Below, piece by piece: positions 35,595 through 46,010 of a stretch of 64,000 bases of DNA. Every line of letters starts with the position of its first letter. Position 1 is the first letter of the stretch. A program made the translations under genes and the position numbers. The stretch comes from Cyanophora paradoxa CCMP329 (lineage: Eukaryota > Plantae > Glaucophyta). Location of the stretch: positions 1 to 64,000 of the forward strand of contig QPMI01000266.1 in assembly GCA_004431415.1 (NCBI GenBank). The letters are read 5' to 3'. The notes beneath the pieces are model-generated. The model was given only the letters and a program-made list of their open reading frames with translations, was not told the origin of the DNA and ran no database searches.

Positions 35595-36431
35595 ATGCAT
35601 CGTCATACTTATCATTTGGTAAATCCAAGCCCATGGCCAATAACAACCGCATTTTCTGCGTTTATTATGCTTATAGGAGGAGTACTATATATGCATTGTT
35701 TTGCTAAGGGTGATTTTTTTTTAATATTAGGTTTAGTTTCATTATGTATAAGCATGGGTTTATGGTGGCGAGATGTTGTCCGTGAATCAACTTTTGAAGG
35801 GCACCATACTAAAGCAGTAAAAACCGGTCTACGTTATGGTATGCTGTTATTCATACTGTCCGAAGTTATGTTTTTTTTTTCTTTTTTCTGGGCATTCTTC
35901 CATTCTAGTTTAAGCCCTATTATAGAAATCGGATCAGTATGGCCACCAGAAAATATTAAAAACCTAGTATTTGATTCTACTCGTATTCCATTGTTGAATA
36001 CTCTAATCTTATTGTTGTCTGGTGCTACATTAACCTGGTCACATCATGCAATTCTATCCTCAAATAGAGGTAACGCTATATTTTCTTTATTCTTAACTTT
36101 ACTACTTGCTTGTTTATTCACATCAATACAGGTATATGAATACATGAGCGCACAATTTTCAATATCTGACAGTATTTATGGTTCTACTTTCTATTTAGCA
36201 ACAGGATTTCATGGTTTTCATGTAATTATTGGGAGTTTATTCCTGATGGTTTGTTTTTATCGTTTAGTAAGAAACCATTTTACTAAAAGAAGCCATATAG
36301 GTTTTGAAACAGCAGCTTGGTATTGGCATTTCGTTGATGTTGTATGGTTATTTTTATATATTAGTATATATTGCTGGGGTGGTATTCCAAGTCCAGAATT
36401 AGAGATTAGTAATTTTATTTGTGTGAAATAA
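35595..36431 (+). CDS. cox3: Cytochrome c oxidase subunit 3, intact copy
   Basis: [36 protein letters not shown]. Confidence 0.97.
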   Translation: MHRHTYHLVNPSPWPITTAFSAFIMLIGGVLYMHCFAKGDFFLILGLVSLCISMGLWWRDVVRESTFEGHHTKAVKTGLRYGMLLFILSEVMFFFSFFWAFFHSSLSPIIEIGSVWPPENIKNLVFDSTRIPLLNTLILLLSGATLTWSHHAILSSNRGNAIFSLFLTLLLACLFTSIQVYEYMSAQFSISDSIYGSTFYLATGFHGFHVIIGSLFLMVCFYRLVRNHFTKRSHIGFETAAWYWHFVDVVWLFLYISIYCWGGIPSPELEISNFICVK

Positions 36432-36472
36432 TAAATATTTCCAATTTATTAATATTTTATTTCTAAATAATA

Positions 36473-36546
36473 ACATTCCTAGCTCAAACGGATAGAGCAT
36501 TAGCCTTCTAAGCTACTAGTTAAAGGTTCAAGTCCTTTGGAATGTG
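36473..36546 (+). tRNA. trnR: tRNA-Arg(UCU), copy 1
   Basis: TAGC-CT-TCT-AA-GCTA; intact T stem. Confidence 0.9.
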
Positions 36547-36840
36547 AATTTGGTCAATTACTATTTTTTCTATACTAAACTTTCAATTGATTTGTATTTA
36601 AACCATTATGTACATTAACCGTTAATATTATCAAAATATGTAAATTATATAATAAATTATAAAAATGACTATATTACCACAAAAAAAAATATTGTTAAAT
36701 TCATAATTTTTGTATTTTATAGGTAATAAAGTTTTTAATGTTATTAATTAAATTTAATAGAAAACAAGTGTTTTTACATACTGTGGTAACAACAATTTTC
36801 ATTTTATTAAAATTTAAATTTAATAACATAAAATTATACT

Positions 36841-36912
36841 CGCAAGATAGAGTAGTGGACCACTCATTGGGCTCATAATCCAACCACGGTTGTTCGATTC
36901 AACCTCTTGCAC
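36841..36912 (+). tRNA. trnM: tRNA-Met(CAU), probably initiator, copy 1
   Basis: TTGGG-CT-CAT-AA-TCCAA; C1:A72 mismatch. Confidence 0.85.
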
Positions 36913-37013
36913 TAGTATAAAAACATATTATTTTATACCTAAAAAGATAAATTTATGTAAATTATACATATTTTTTACTACACCATAAGAATGTAATTTA
37001 AAAAATAAATTAG

Positions 37014-37481
37014 GAAATGAGTTTGATCCTGGCTCTGAATGAACGCTGGTAGTATGCTTAACACATGCAAGTTGAATGCGTAAAAACGCATGGCGTACGG
37101 GTGTGAGTAACATACAAGAATGTGCCTTTCAGTTTGCGATAAACTTTTATCAAGTGAATAGCAAATAAATTTTAAAGAAATGAAAGACAATTATGTCGTT
37201 GAAAGAAAAGCTTGTATAAGATTATATAGTTGGTGGGGTAATGGCTAACCAAGTCTATAATCTTTAGTTGGTCTTTGCGGATGATCAGCCACGCCGGGAC
37301 TGAAAAAGGCCCAGACTTCAAATTGAAGGCAGCAGTGAGGAATATTGGACAATGAGCGAAAGCTTGACCCAGCAATACTACGTGAGTGATATAAGCGATG
37401 TCTTGGGAAAGTTTAATTGATTGTAAAACTCTTTAATTGGTGAGCATAATGAGAGTAGCCAATCAAAAAGCCCTGGCCAAT

Positions 37482-37514
<33 letters not shown>

Positions 37515-37999
37515 GCAAGTGTTATTCATCATGATTGGGCGTAAAGAGTATGTAGGCAGTTTATTAATTTTAGTTGAAATTTTTTCTATAAGGAAAAAAA
37601 AACTATTATGGTTTTTGAACTTGAGTTTTTATATGGGATATTAGTATTTTTCAAGGAGCGATAAAATGCGTTGATATGAAAAGGAATACCAAACGGTGAA
37701 GACATTTATCTGGGTAAAAACTGACGCTAAGGTGCGAAAACGTGGGGAGCAAATAGGATTAGAGACCCTGGTAGTTCACGCTGTAAACGATGAGTATTCA
37801 TTTTTGGTTAATTAATAATCAGAGGTTTATCTAACGCGTTAAATACTTCGCTTGAAAAGTACGTTTGCAAGAATGAAATTCAAAGGAATTGACGGGAGCT
37901 TACACAAGCCGTGGCGCATGTAGTTTAATTCAACAATACACGAAAAACCTTACCAGTTCTTGAATAAAAATAATATAATTTTAATTAATTATTTTTAAA
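37014..37999 (+). pseudogene. rns: Truncated SSU rRNA (5' two-thirds)
   Basis: Stops before the 3' domain; substitutions in universal motifs (GTAGTTCACG, TAATTCAAC). Confidence 0.88.
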
Positions 38000-39034
38000 A
38001 TGTTTAATTATATAATAATTCTGTTTACTTTAATTATAATTTTTAATTTAATTGTAATAATTAAATTAAATTTATCGAACAAATATTCAAAAATAATTTT
38101 TTTTAAATTACAAAAAAATATTATAATATCAGGTTTTATTTTGAGGTTTATTTGTATAAATATAATTTATAATCCTCTATTTGAATTTTTACGTAAACAT
38201 TTTGTAATAAATTATAACATTTATTATCAAAATTGGTTAGAATTTATTCTTTTTAATTCAAAGAATAGTATAAATCAATTTAATAATGATAATGGCGACT
38301 TTTTTTATAAAGTAGTTTTACAATCTATTGAGTATGATGAATTGAATGTGACTTGCTTATTTTTTATTCATTCATCTTTTTATGAATTTTTTATCATGAT
38401 TAATATATTAGGGTTTTTAATTAAATTTATTAAAGATGACTTATACAAAATCTATCTTTTTATATATTTATATATTAAGCAATACTCTATAAAATTTAGT
38501 AATTATCTGTTTTATAATTACTTAAGAAATTTTAATTTTATTTTTCTTCGATTATATAAATATTTAAAAAATACTGTAGATTCTACTTCTGCTAATTATA
38601 AAATCAGCAATACTTTATCTAAAATATTGATTAATAATGATTCCGAGAAGTTATCTCTTCTAAACTCTTTAAATATAAATGAACACCAATTGATAAAAGT
38701 TGTACTTTTTTATTTTTGTTGTTTTTATTTTTTGTTTTTTTATTTACAAATATATATCTTTGAAACATTATATGTATCATTTTTGTTATTACCACATTAT
38801 ATTTCGATGTTGCTCTATTTAATACGCTTTATGGAAAAAAACTTATTTTTACATTTTAATAGTAGAGAAAAAAATAGTTTCGGCAATCGTCGTTTTTTTA
38901 TTTCTTATCCACAACTATATATATTAATTCACGAATTATCTATGCTAATAATTGTTAATATTCTTTTTTTATTATTATTAATTTTTATTTGTTATTATAT
39001 TTATATGTTTTTTATTAATATTTTAAATTATTAA
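38000..39034 (+). CDS. Orphan membrane ORF344, family B
   Basis: Open 344 aa; paralog of 56683..57642. Confidence 0.7.
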   Translation: MFNYIIILFTLIIIFNLIVIIKLNLSNKYSKIIFFKLQKNIIISGFILRFICINIIYNPLFEFLRKHFVINYNIYYQNWLEFILFNSKNSINQFNNDNGDFFYKVVLQSIEYDELNVTCLFFIHSSFYEFFIMINILGFLIKFIKDDLYKIYLFIYLYIKQYSIKFSNYLFYNYLRNFNFIFLRLYKYLKNTVDSTSANYKISNTLSKILINNDSEKLSLLNSLNINEHQLIKVVLFYFCCFYFLFFYLQIYIFETLYVSFLLLPHYISMLLYLIRFMEKNLFLHFNSREKNSFGNRRFFISYPQLYILIHELSMLIIVNILFLLLLIFICYYIYMFFINILNY

Positions 39035-39075
39035 TTATATAATTACAATTTTATATAACTAACCACGTACGTTTA

Positions 39076-39382
39076 AATTGTATTTTTAAGACTCAGCGAC
39101 TCCCTATTATGGTAGGTATTGTCAATTTACATAATGATTTAATGTTTTTTTTAATTGTTATCGCTATTTTTGTTATTTGGATGCTGATTAGAACTTTAAT
39201 GTTATATATTAAATCAAATAATCCTATCGCTAATTATGTGGTGCCTGAAAAAGACTTAGAACTTGGGCAGCTAGGTTAGGATTATTTGAGGTAGACAACC
39301 GCGTTTTACTGTCAGTAATGTAATATATTTGTGCAATTGTACCTGTTGCTGATTTTATATATAGTTGGGCAATACTATTATT
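39076..39382 (+). pseudogene. cox2: Second cox2 pseudogene with the same internal deletion
   Basis: Near-identical to 32453..32760. Confidence 0.88.
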
Positions 39383-39456
39383 GTATACAAGAAAATTTTC
39401 GAATAATTCAATTTATGTTTTTTAAATAATAATAAATATATATAATTAAAAAAAAA

Positions 39457-40740
39457 ATGAATAAACTAAATATATTACATACAAATTTTTTTAATAATTT
39501 AGAATTAAGATTAATTAATTATTTAATATTTTCTCTATATAAACTGTATTTAATTAACAAGCAAATACCCCTATTTTTGGTAATATTTAGCTTGCTGAGC
39601 CGTTGTTTAAATATTTTAGTAGGTTTGGTGTACTCTTTTTTAAAAAAGATGATGGATTTGATAACATATTTGATTATTATTTTTTTAATTGTTTATATTA
39701 CAATTTATTTGTTGGAAATTTTTAATAGTTATATTAACATTAATTCAACGGTTACATTTACTATTGTATATTTAAACAAAATCCAAAGTTATAAAAAAGC
39801 AAAACAAATAAAAAAAAAATCAATAAATACAATGAAATTTAAAATTCGCCAAGTTAATCATTTTTTTTTTACGAAAAAATTACTTAGTACGCAAAATGGT
39901 TCAATATTATCGCCGTTTAGTATATGTTATTCGTTGCAGGACCTAAAAATTAGAAAATTTTATTATAATAATGAGACTTTTTTTAAAAATATAGATATTA
40001 AAAACTGTGTTCAGTTTTTGCAATGTATAGACAAATATTTTGAGGCTTTACTAGTTTCTGGTTTGTCCCCATGTGTAATAAATGAATATGGGAAGAAAGG
40101 CGCAGAGACCCGTTTTCCTGGAATTTTTTATTATCGATATTTAAAACATATAAAATCAGAATATAATGATATAACACTATTTTTTGATATAATAAGAAAA
40201 TTTCCAGATACAGATCCTACTCAACTATTTTTTTTACAAGATAATTTCGACTGGTGTAACTCAATAATATCTATGTCTCAATTTAAAAAAAAAAAAACTT
40301 TAGAAGAAGAGATTTCTAAGGAAAACAACTTTTATTATACAAAATATTTTTATAATAACGATAGAGATAAAGTTTCATTTTTAGATATGTATAATTTCTA
40401 TAGGCCGCGCTTGGTAAATCACGGCATTCATAATTTTGGTGAGTTTCAAATTATTTTATATAATATTTTTGATTTATGTTTAAAAAATAATATAGAAATT
40501 GATGATTTTCTTTATTATTGTAAATATTTACCTTTAGCTAATATTACCTTAAAGGAGTGTGATGATATAATTTCGGATAAAAAAGGATTAATTACAATTA
40601 TGATTTTATTTTCAGGTGATTTAAAATTAATATTAAACGGTTTTAGTAATGAATTTAAAAATAAATTATTGTTAGATTTTAGTAAAGAAAACAGCAGGAT
40701 TTTACCAAAATTTGATTTAAAAAAAGATAAAAATGAATAA
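39457..40740 (+). CDS. Orphan ORF427, family C (divergent body, same cob-derived leader)
   Basis: First ~81 aa nearly identical to ORF533; C-terminal motif homologous. Confidence 0.78.
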   Translation: MNKLNILHTNFFNNLELRLINYLIFSLYKLYLINKQIPLFLVIFSLLSRCLNILVGLVYSFLKKMMDLITYLIIIFLIVYITIYLLEIFNSYININSTVTFTIVYLNKIQSYKKAKQIKKKSINTMKFKIRQVNHFFFTKKLLSTQNGSILSPFSICYSLQDLKIRKFYYNNETFFKNIDIKNCVQFLQCIDKYFEALLVSGLSPCVINEYGKKGAETRFPGIFYYRYLKHIKSEYNDITLFFDIIRKFPDTDPTQLFFLQDNFDWCNSIISMSQFKKKKTLEEEISKENNFYYTKYFYNNDRDKVSFLDMYNFYRPRLVNHGIHNFGEFQIILYNIFDLCLKNNIEIDDFLYYCKYLPLANITLKECDDIISDKKGLITIMILFSGDLKLILNGFSNEFKNKLLLDFSKENSRILPKFDLKKDKNE

Positions 40741-42367
40741 TTTTTATAATACGTTAACGATAATTTTACAACACTTTCTTGTTATTTCAATAATATGGCC
40801 TGCGGCGTTAATTATAATGTTAAAAGTTCAACGCTTATCTAAGAAGTTGTATTTTCCGGTTAATTTGTTATTTATAAAATTTAAAAAAATATTAATTATG
40901 AAAATAAATGATAATAAATATATATATAATAAAAAAAAAATGAATAAACTAAATATATTACATACAAATTTTTTTAATAATTCAGAATTAAGATTAATTA
41001 ATTATTTAATATTTTCTCTATATAAACTGTATTTAATTAACAAGCAAATACCCCTATTTTTGGTAATATTTAGCTTGCTGAGCCGTTGTTTAAATATTTT
41101 AGTAGGTTTGGTGGACTCTTTTTTAAAAAAGATGATGGATTTGATAACATATTTGATTATTATTTTTTTAATTGTTTATATACTTACCAATTATTTACAT
41201 ATTCATGATTGTATTGATTTTATTTTTATGAATATGATAATTAGGCTACAATTTATAATATCGGGAAATTCTATAAAAAATTATAAATTAACAAAGTCGT
41301 CTATAAAATTTTTGGATAAATCAAAATCAGTAATCATAAGTCATAATCAAAAAGTTTCAACACATAAATTTAAATTGTCAAAACATTTTTTTCATTCAAC
41401 CCCTTTAATATTATTCCCACCACGTCTTACAACTAGTTCTAGTTCAAAAATCTCTAGTCTAGTTTCAAAACAACCTGTAGCCATTCATTTTCGAAATGGT
41501 GATAAAAATCTAATAGAACTACAAAAAAAACAACTAAAGGTTATATTATCATTAAAAAATCCGGGAAATTTAGTAATAGAAAAGGGTGGGTTAGTTTCTT
41601 TTCAGCATATTGAAGAAAATATCTCAATTAAAACTTTATTTAAAAGTAATCAATGTCTTTTTAATAAATTAAATATACAAGATGATACACAACTTATTAA
41701 ATTTCTACAAACCTTTTTGTCTCACTTAGAACATATTGACCCACAAGACTATAAGAAAATGGTGTTATTAGGGGTTTCAAGTATGTATGATTCTAATTTT
41801 TACGATCTTTTGCTTAAAGATCGAAAAAATTTACTCTTAACATTCCTTATTTTAAAAAAACATGCGAATTCAAATCTAGATCCACTTCTTAAATTACTTA
41901 AGGACGCAGAGCGTGCTAATCCTCTTGCAAAGAAACTTATGGTCTTTGCGAAGGAGGGATGGTTAAAATTAAAATTTTTAAATTCAGAAAAAACACTGTG
42001 TTCAAATTTTCAAGATACTATATTATTATCTCAAATATATAACCAAGCTCAACCCATTTTAAAGAAATATAATATTCAAAATTTTGATCAATTTAAAGAT
42101 ATTTTAAGATCAGTTTTTTCGATTTGTACAAAAAACAATATTGGATTAGACGATTTTATAAAATATGGTAAATCAATATTTATATTAAATAAGTCTATAG
42201 GATTATCTATAGAAGCAATAGTGCAAGATTCAACAGGATTAGATACATTGACAAATACGGTATATTCACATAAGCTTATATGTCCAACTTTTAAGCCAGA
42301 AATAATGTTTCAATATATAAATATGATAAATTCAACAAAGCCAAAAAATTCCACAAATGAAAAATAA
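40733..42367 (+). CDS. Orphan ORF544, family C (recent copy of ORF533)
   Basis: From 40940 matches ORF533; premature TAA removes the last ~52 aa. Confidence 0.75.
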   Translation: MNNFYNTLTIILQHFLVISIIWPAALIIMLKVQRLSKKLYFPVNLLFIKFKKILIMKINDNKYIYNKKKMNKLNILHTNFFNNSELRLINYLIFSLYKLYLINKQIPLFLVIFSLLSRCLNILVGLVDSFLKKMMDLITYLIIIFLIVYILTNYLHIHDCIDFIFMNMIIRLQFIISGNSIKNYKLTKSSIKFLDKSKSVIISHNQKVSTHKFKLSKHFFHSTPLILFPPRLTTSSSSKISSLVSKQPVAIHFRNGDKNLIELQKKQLKVILSLKNPGNLVIEKGGLVSFQHIEENISIKTLFKSNQCLFNKLNIQDDTQLIKFLQTFLSHLEHIDPQDYKKMVLLGVSSMYDSNFYDLLLKDRKNLLLTFLILKKHANSNLDPLLKLLKDAERANPLAKKLMVFAKEGWLKLKFLNSEKTLCSNFQDTILLSQIYNQAQPILKKYNIQNFDQFKDILRSVFSICTKNNIGLDDFIKYGKSIFILNKSIGLSIEAIVQDSTGLDTLTNTVYSHKLICPTFKPEIMFQYINMINSTKPKNSTNEK

Positions 42368-42548
42368 GCTATGTGGGATAAAAAACAAACTATGGCTCAA
42401 AAAGATACTGATTTCTTAACCAAAACTCTAGATTATATAAAAAAATCAAAAATGATACTTGCAGAAGTTCCACCTCCTATTAAAGCCGCTGCTTCTTATT
42501 ATATAATGAAAAAGTTTTGGTAAATTACTAACATAATATATAAATAAT

Positions 42549-42710
42549 TTTATGCTATATTAAGATCGATTCCAGATAAATTAGATGGTGTAATTGCCCT
42601 GTTCTCCGTAACTATTGTATTACTTTTACTTCCATATTTATATCCCGGAAATTGCATAATTCAATCTTTAGACAATTTTATAGAAAAGTTTTTTGGATTT
42701 TTTTTAATTT
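42549..42710 (+). pseudogene. cob: 3' cob remnant, copy 2
   Basis: Same as 34460..34622. Confidence 0.88.
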
Positions 42711-43032
42711 ATTTACCTAATTAATGGGATAATCGAAAATTACCTATTCAAGAATTGTTGTGCAATAAATGATTATAGTTAATCAAAAAAATATATTAAA
42801 TAAATAGTACTGGCGACTAATGCTTTATATTTTAACTATATTATTAATATTGTTTTTAATAAATTCAATTTAAAAAAAAGCATACCAAATAAAATTCTCT
42901 AAAAACATAATTCTTATTACTAACATATTGCGGTTTATTTATTTATTTGTTATACATTACATCACAAAAAAACTCATTTTTTTTTATTAATAAATATTAA
43001 AATATTTTGTAAGTTTAAAAAATTTATTTTTA

Positions 43033-43629
43033 ATGAAAATTAAATTACAAATGGAATTACAAAAATTTTCCCTAAAACATTTTTCTCAATTAATTACAAA
43101 AATTATCCCAAGATTAATAAAAGATGTCTTTATTATAAATAATGAGCTTATTTTAATTGTAGAAAATAATAATTTAAATAGTACTCTTTTTTTTTTGAAA
43201 TATCACACATATACCCAATACAAAGTACTTTGTGATATAACCGCAGTAGATTTTCTAGATCGTATCGAACGTTTTGAAGTAGTTTATCAATTTCTAAGTG
43301 TTTCTTATGCATCAAGATTAAGAATTAAAGTAAATTTAAAAGAAACTGAACTAATAAACTCAATATCAACGTTGTATCCTTGTGCTAATTGGTATGAACG
43401 TGAAATTTGGGATTTATTTGGTATTTTTTTTATGAATCATCCAGACTTAAGAAGAATTTTAACAGATTATGGTTTTGAGGGGCATCCCTTAAAAAAAGAT
43501 TTTCCTCTTAGTGGATATTTAGAGGTGCGTTATGATGATATCGTAAAACAAGTAATTTGTGAGCCTGTTGATATAACTCAAGAGTTTAGAAATTTCAATT
43601 TTTCCAGTCCTTGGGAAATAACACAATAA
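43033..43629 (+). CDS. nad9: NADH dehydrogenase subunit 9, copy 2
   Basis: Intact 198 aa with nad9 motifs. Confidence 0.95.
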   Translation: MKIKLQMELQKFSLKHFSQLITKIIPRLIKDVFIINNELILIVENNNLNSTLFFLKYHTYTQYKVLCDITAVDFLDRIERFEVVYQFLSVSYASRLRIKVNLKETELINSISTLYPCANWYEREIWDLFGIFFMNHPDLRRILTDYGFEGHPLKKDFPLSGYLEVRYDDIVKQVICEPVDITQEFRNFNFSSPWEITQ

Positions 43630-43673
43630 AATTTTTTTATTATTAATTAAATAATTTAACAAATAAACTAAAT

Positions 43674-44509
43674 ATGCATCGTCATACTTGTCATTTGGTA
43701 AATCCAAGCCCATGGCCAATAACAACCGCATTTTCTGCGTTTATTATGCTTATAGGAGGAGTACTATATATGCATTGTTTTGCTAAGGGTGATTTTTTTT
43801 TAATATTAGGTTTAGTTTCATTATGTATAAGCATGGGTTTATGGTGGCGAGATGTTGTCCGTGAATCAACTTTTGAAGGGCACCATATTAAAGCAGTAAA
43901 AACCGGTCTACGTTATGGTATGCTCTTATTCATACTGTCCGAAGTTATGTTTTTTTTTCTTTTTTCTGGGCATTCTTCTATTCTAGTTTAAGCCCTATTA
44001 TAGAAATCGGATCAGTATGGCCACCAGAAAATATTAAAAACCTAGTATTTGATTCTACTCGTATTCCATTGTTGAATACTCTAATCTTATTGTTGTCTGG
44101 TGCTACATTAACCTGGTCACATCATGCAATTCTATCCTCAAATAGAGGTAACGCTATATTTTCTTTATTCTTAACTTTAATACTTGCTTGTTTATTCACA
44201 TCAATACAGGTATATGAATACATGAGCGCACAATTTTCAATATCTGACAGTATTTATGGTTTTACTTTCTATTTAGCAACAGGATTTCATGGTTTTCATG
44301 TAATTATTGGGAGTTTATTCCTGACGGTTTGTTTTTATCGTTTAGTAAGAAACCATTTTACTAAAAGAAGCCATATAGGTTTTGAAACAGCAGCTTGGTA
44401 TTGGCATTTCGTTGATGTTGTATGGTTATTTTTATATATTAGTATATATTGCTGGGGTGGTATTCCAAGTCTAGAATTAGAGATTAGTAATTTTATTTGT
44501 GTGAAATAA
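43674..44509 (+). pseudogene. cox3: cox3 copy 2, probably degenerating
   Basis: Frameshift in a T run plus HTYH>HTCH, HHT>HHI, FFHSS>FFYSS, YGSTF>YGFTF. Confidence 0.75.
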
Positions 44510-44550
44510 TAAATATTTCCAATTTATTAATATTTTATTTCTAAATAATA

Positions 44551-44624
44551 ACATTCCTAGCTCAAACGGATAGAGCATTAGCCTTCTAAGCTACTAGTTA
44601 AAGGTTCAAGTCGTTTGGAATGTG
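44551..44624 (+). tRNA. trnR: tRNA-Arg(UCU), copy 2 with T-stem mismatch
   Basis: AAAGG/CGTTT instead of AAAGG/CCTTT. Confidence 0.75.
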
Positions 44625-44919
44625 AATTTGGTCAATTACTATTTTTTCTATACTAAACTTTCAATTGATTTGTATTTAAACCATTGTGTACATTAACCGT
44701 TAATATTATCAAAATATGTAAATTATATAATAAATTATAAAAATGACTATAATTACCACAAAAAAAAATATTGTTAAATTCATAATTTTTGTATTTCATA
44801 GGTAATAAAGTTTTTAATGTTATTAATTAAATTTAATAGAAAACAAGTGTTTTTACATACTGTGGTAACAACAATTTTCATTTTATTAAAATTTAAATTT
44901 AATAACATAAAATTATACC

Positions 44920-44991
44920 CGCAAGATAGAGTAGTGGACCACTCATTGGGCTCATAATCCAACCACGGTTGTTCGATTCAACCTCTTGCAC
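44920..44991 (+). tRNA. trnM: tRNA-Met(CAU), probably initiator, copy 2
   Basis: Identical to 36841..36912. Confidence 0.85.
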
Positions 44992-45092
44992 TAGTATAAA
45001 AACATATTATTTTATACCTAAAAAGATAAATTTATGTAAATTATACATATTTTTTACTACACCATAAGAATGTAATTTAAAAAATAAATTAG

Positions 45093-45558
45093 GAAATGAG
45101 TTTGATCCTGGCTCTGAATGAACGCTGGTAGTATGCTTAACACATGCAAGTTGAATGCGTAAAAACGCATGGCGTACGGGTGAGTAACATACAAGAATGT
45201 GCCTTTCAGTTTGCGATAAACTTTTATCAAGTGAATAGCAAATAAATTTTAAAGAAATGAAAGACAATTATGTCGTTGAAAGAAAAGCTTGTATAAGATT
45301 AGATAGTTGGTGGGGTAATGGCTAACCAAGTCTATAATCTTTAGTTGGTCTTTGCGGATGATCAGCCACACCGGGACTGAAAAAGGCCCAGACTTCAAAT
45401 TGAAGGCAGCAGTGAGGAATATTGGACAATGAGCGAAAGCTTGATCCAGCAATACTACGTGAGTGATATAAGCGATGTCTTGGGAAAGTTTAATTGATTG
45501 TAAAACTCTTTAATTGGTGAGCATAATGAGAGTAGCCAATCAAAAAGCCCTGGCCAAT

Positions 45559-45595
<37 letters not shown>

Positions 45596-45978
45596 TGTTA
45601 TTCATCATGATTGGGCGTAAAGGGCATGTAGGCAGTTTATTAATTTTAGTTGAAATTTTTTCTATAAGGAAAAAAAGACTATTATGGTTTTTGAACTTGA
45701 GTTTTTATATAGGATATTAGTATTTTTCAAGGAGCGATAAAATGCGTTGATATGAAAAGGAATACCAAACGGTGAAGACATTTATCTGGGTAAAAACTGA
45801 CGCTAAGGTGCGAAAGCGTGGGGAGCAAATAGGATTAGAGACCCTGGTAGTCCACGCTGTAAACGATGAGTATTCATTTTTGGTTAATTAATAATCAGAA
45901 GTTTAGCTAACGCGTTAAATACTCCGCCTGAGAAGTACGTTCGCAAGAATGAAATTCAAAGGAATTGACGGGAGCTTA

Positions 45979-46010
<32 letters not shown>

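Larger units (their letters stand above)
32805..38001. repeat. 5.2 kb direct repeat, copy 1
   Basis: Near-identical to 40912..46077 with scattered substitutions and indels. Confidence 0.92.

Noticed and set aside
36701-37375. Short ORFs antisense to rns, rnl and tRNAs (also 44780-46537, 50256-50625, 1832-2047, 9050-9304)
   Set aside because: Shadow frames of structural RNA genes or of opposite-strand CDSs
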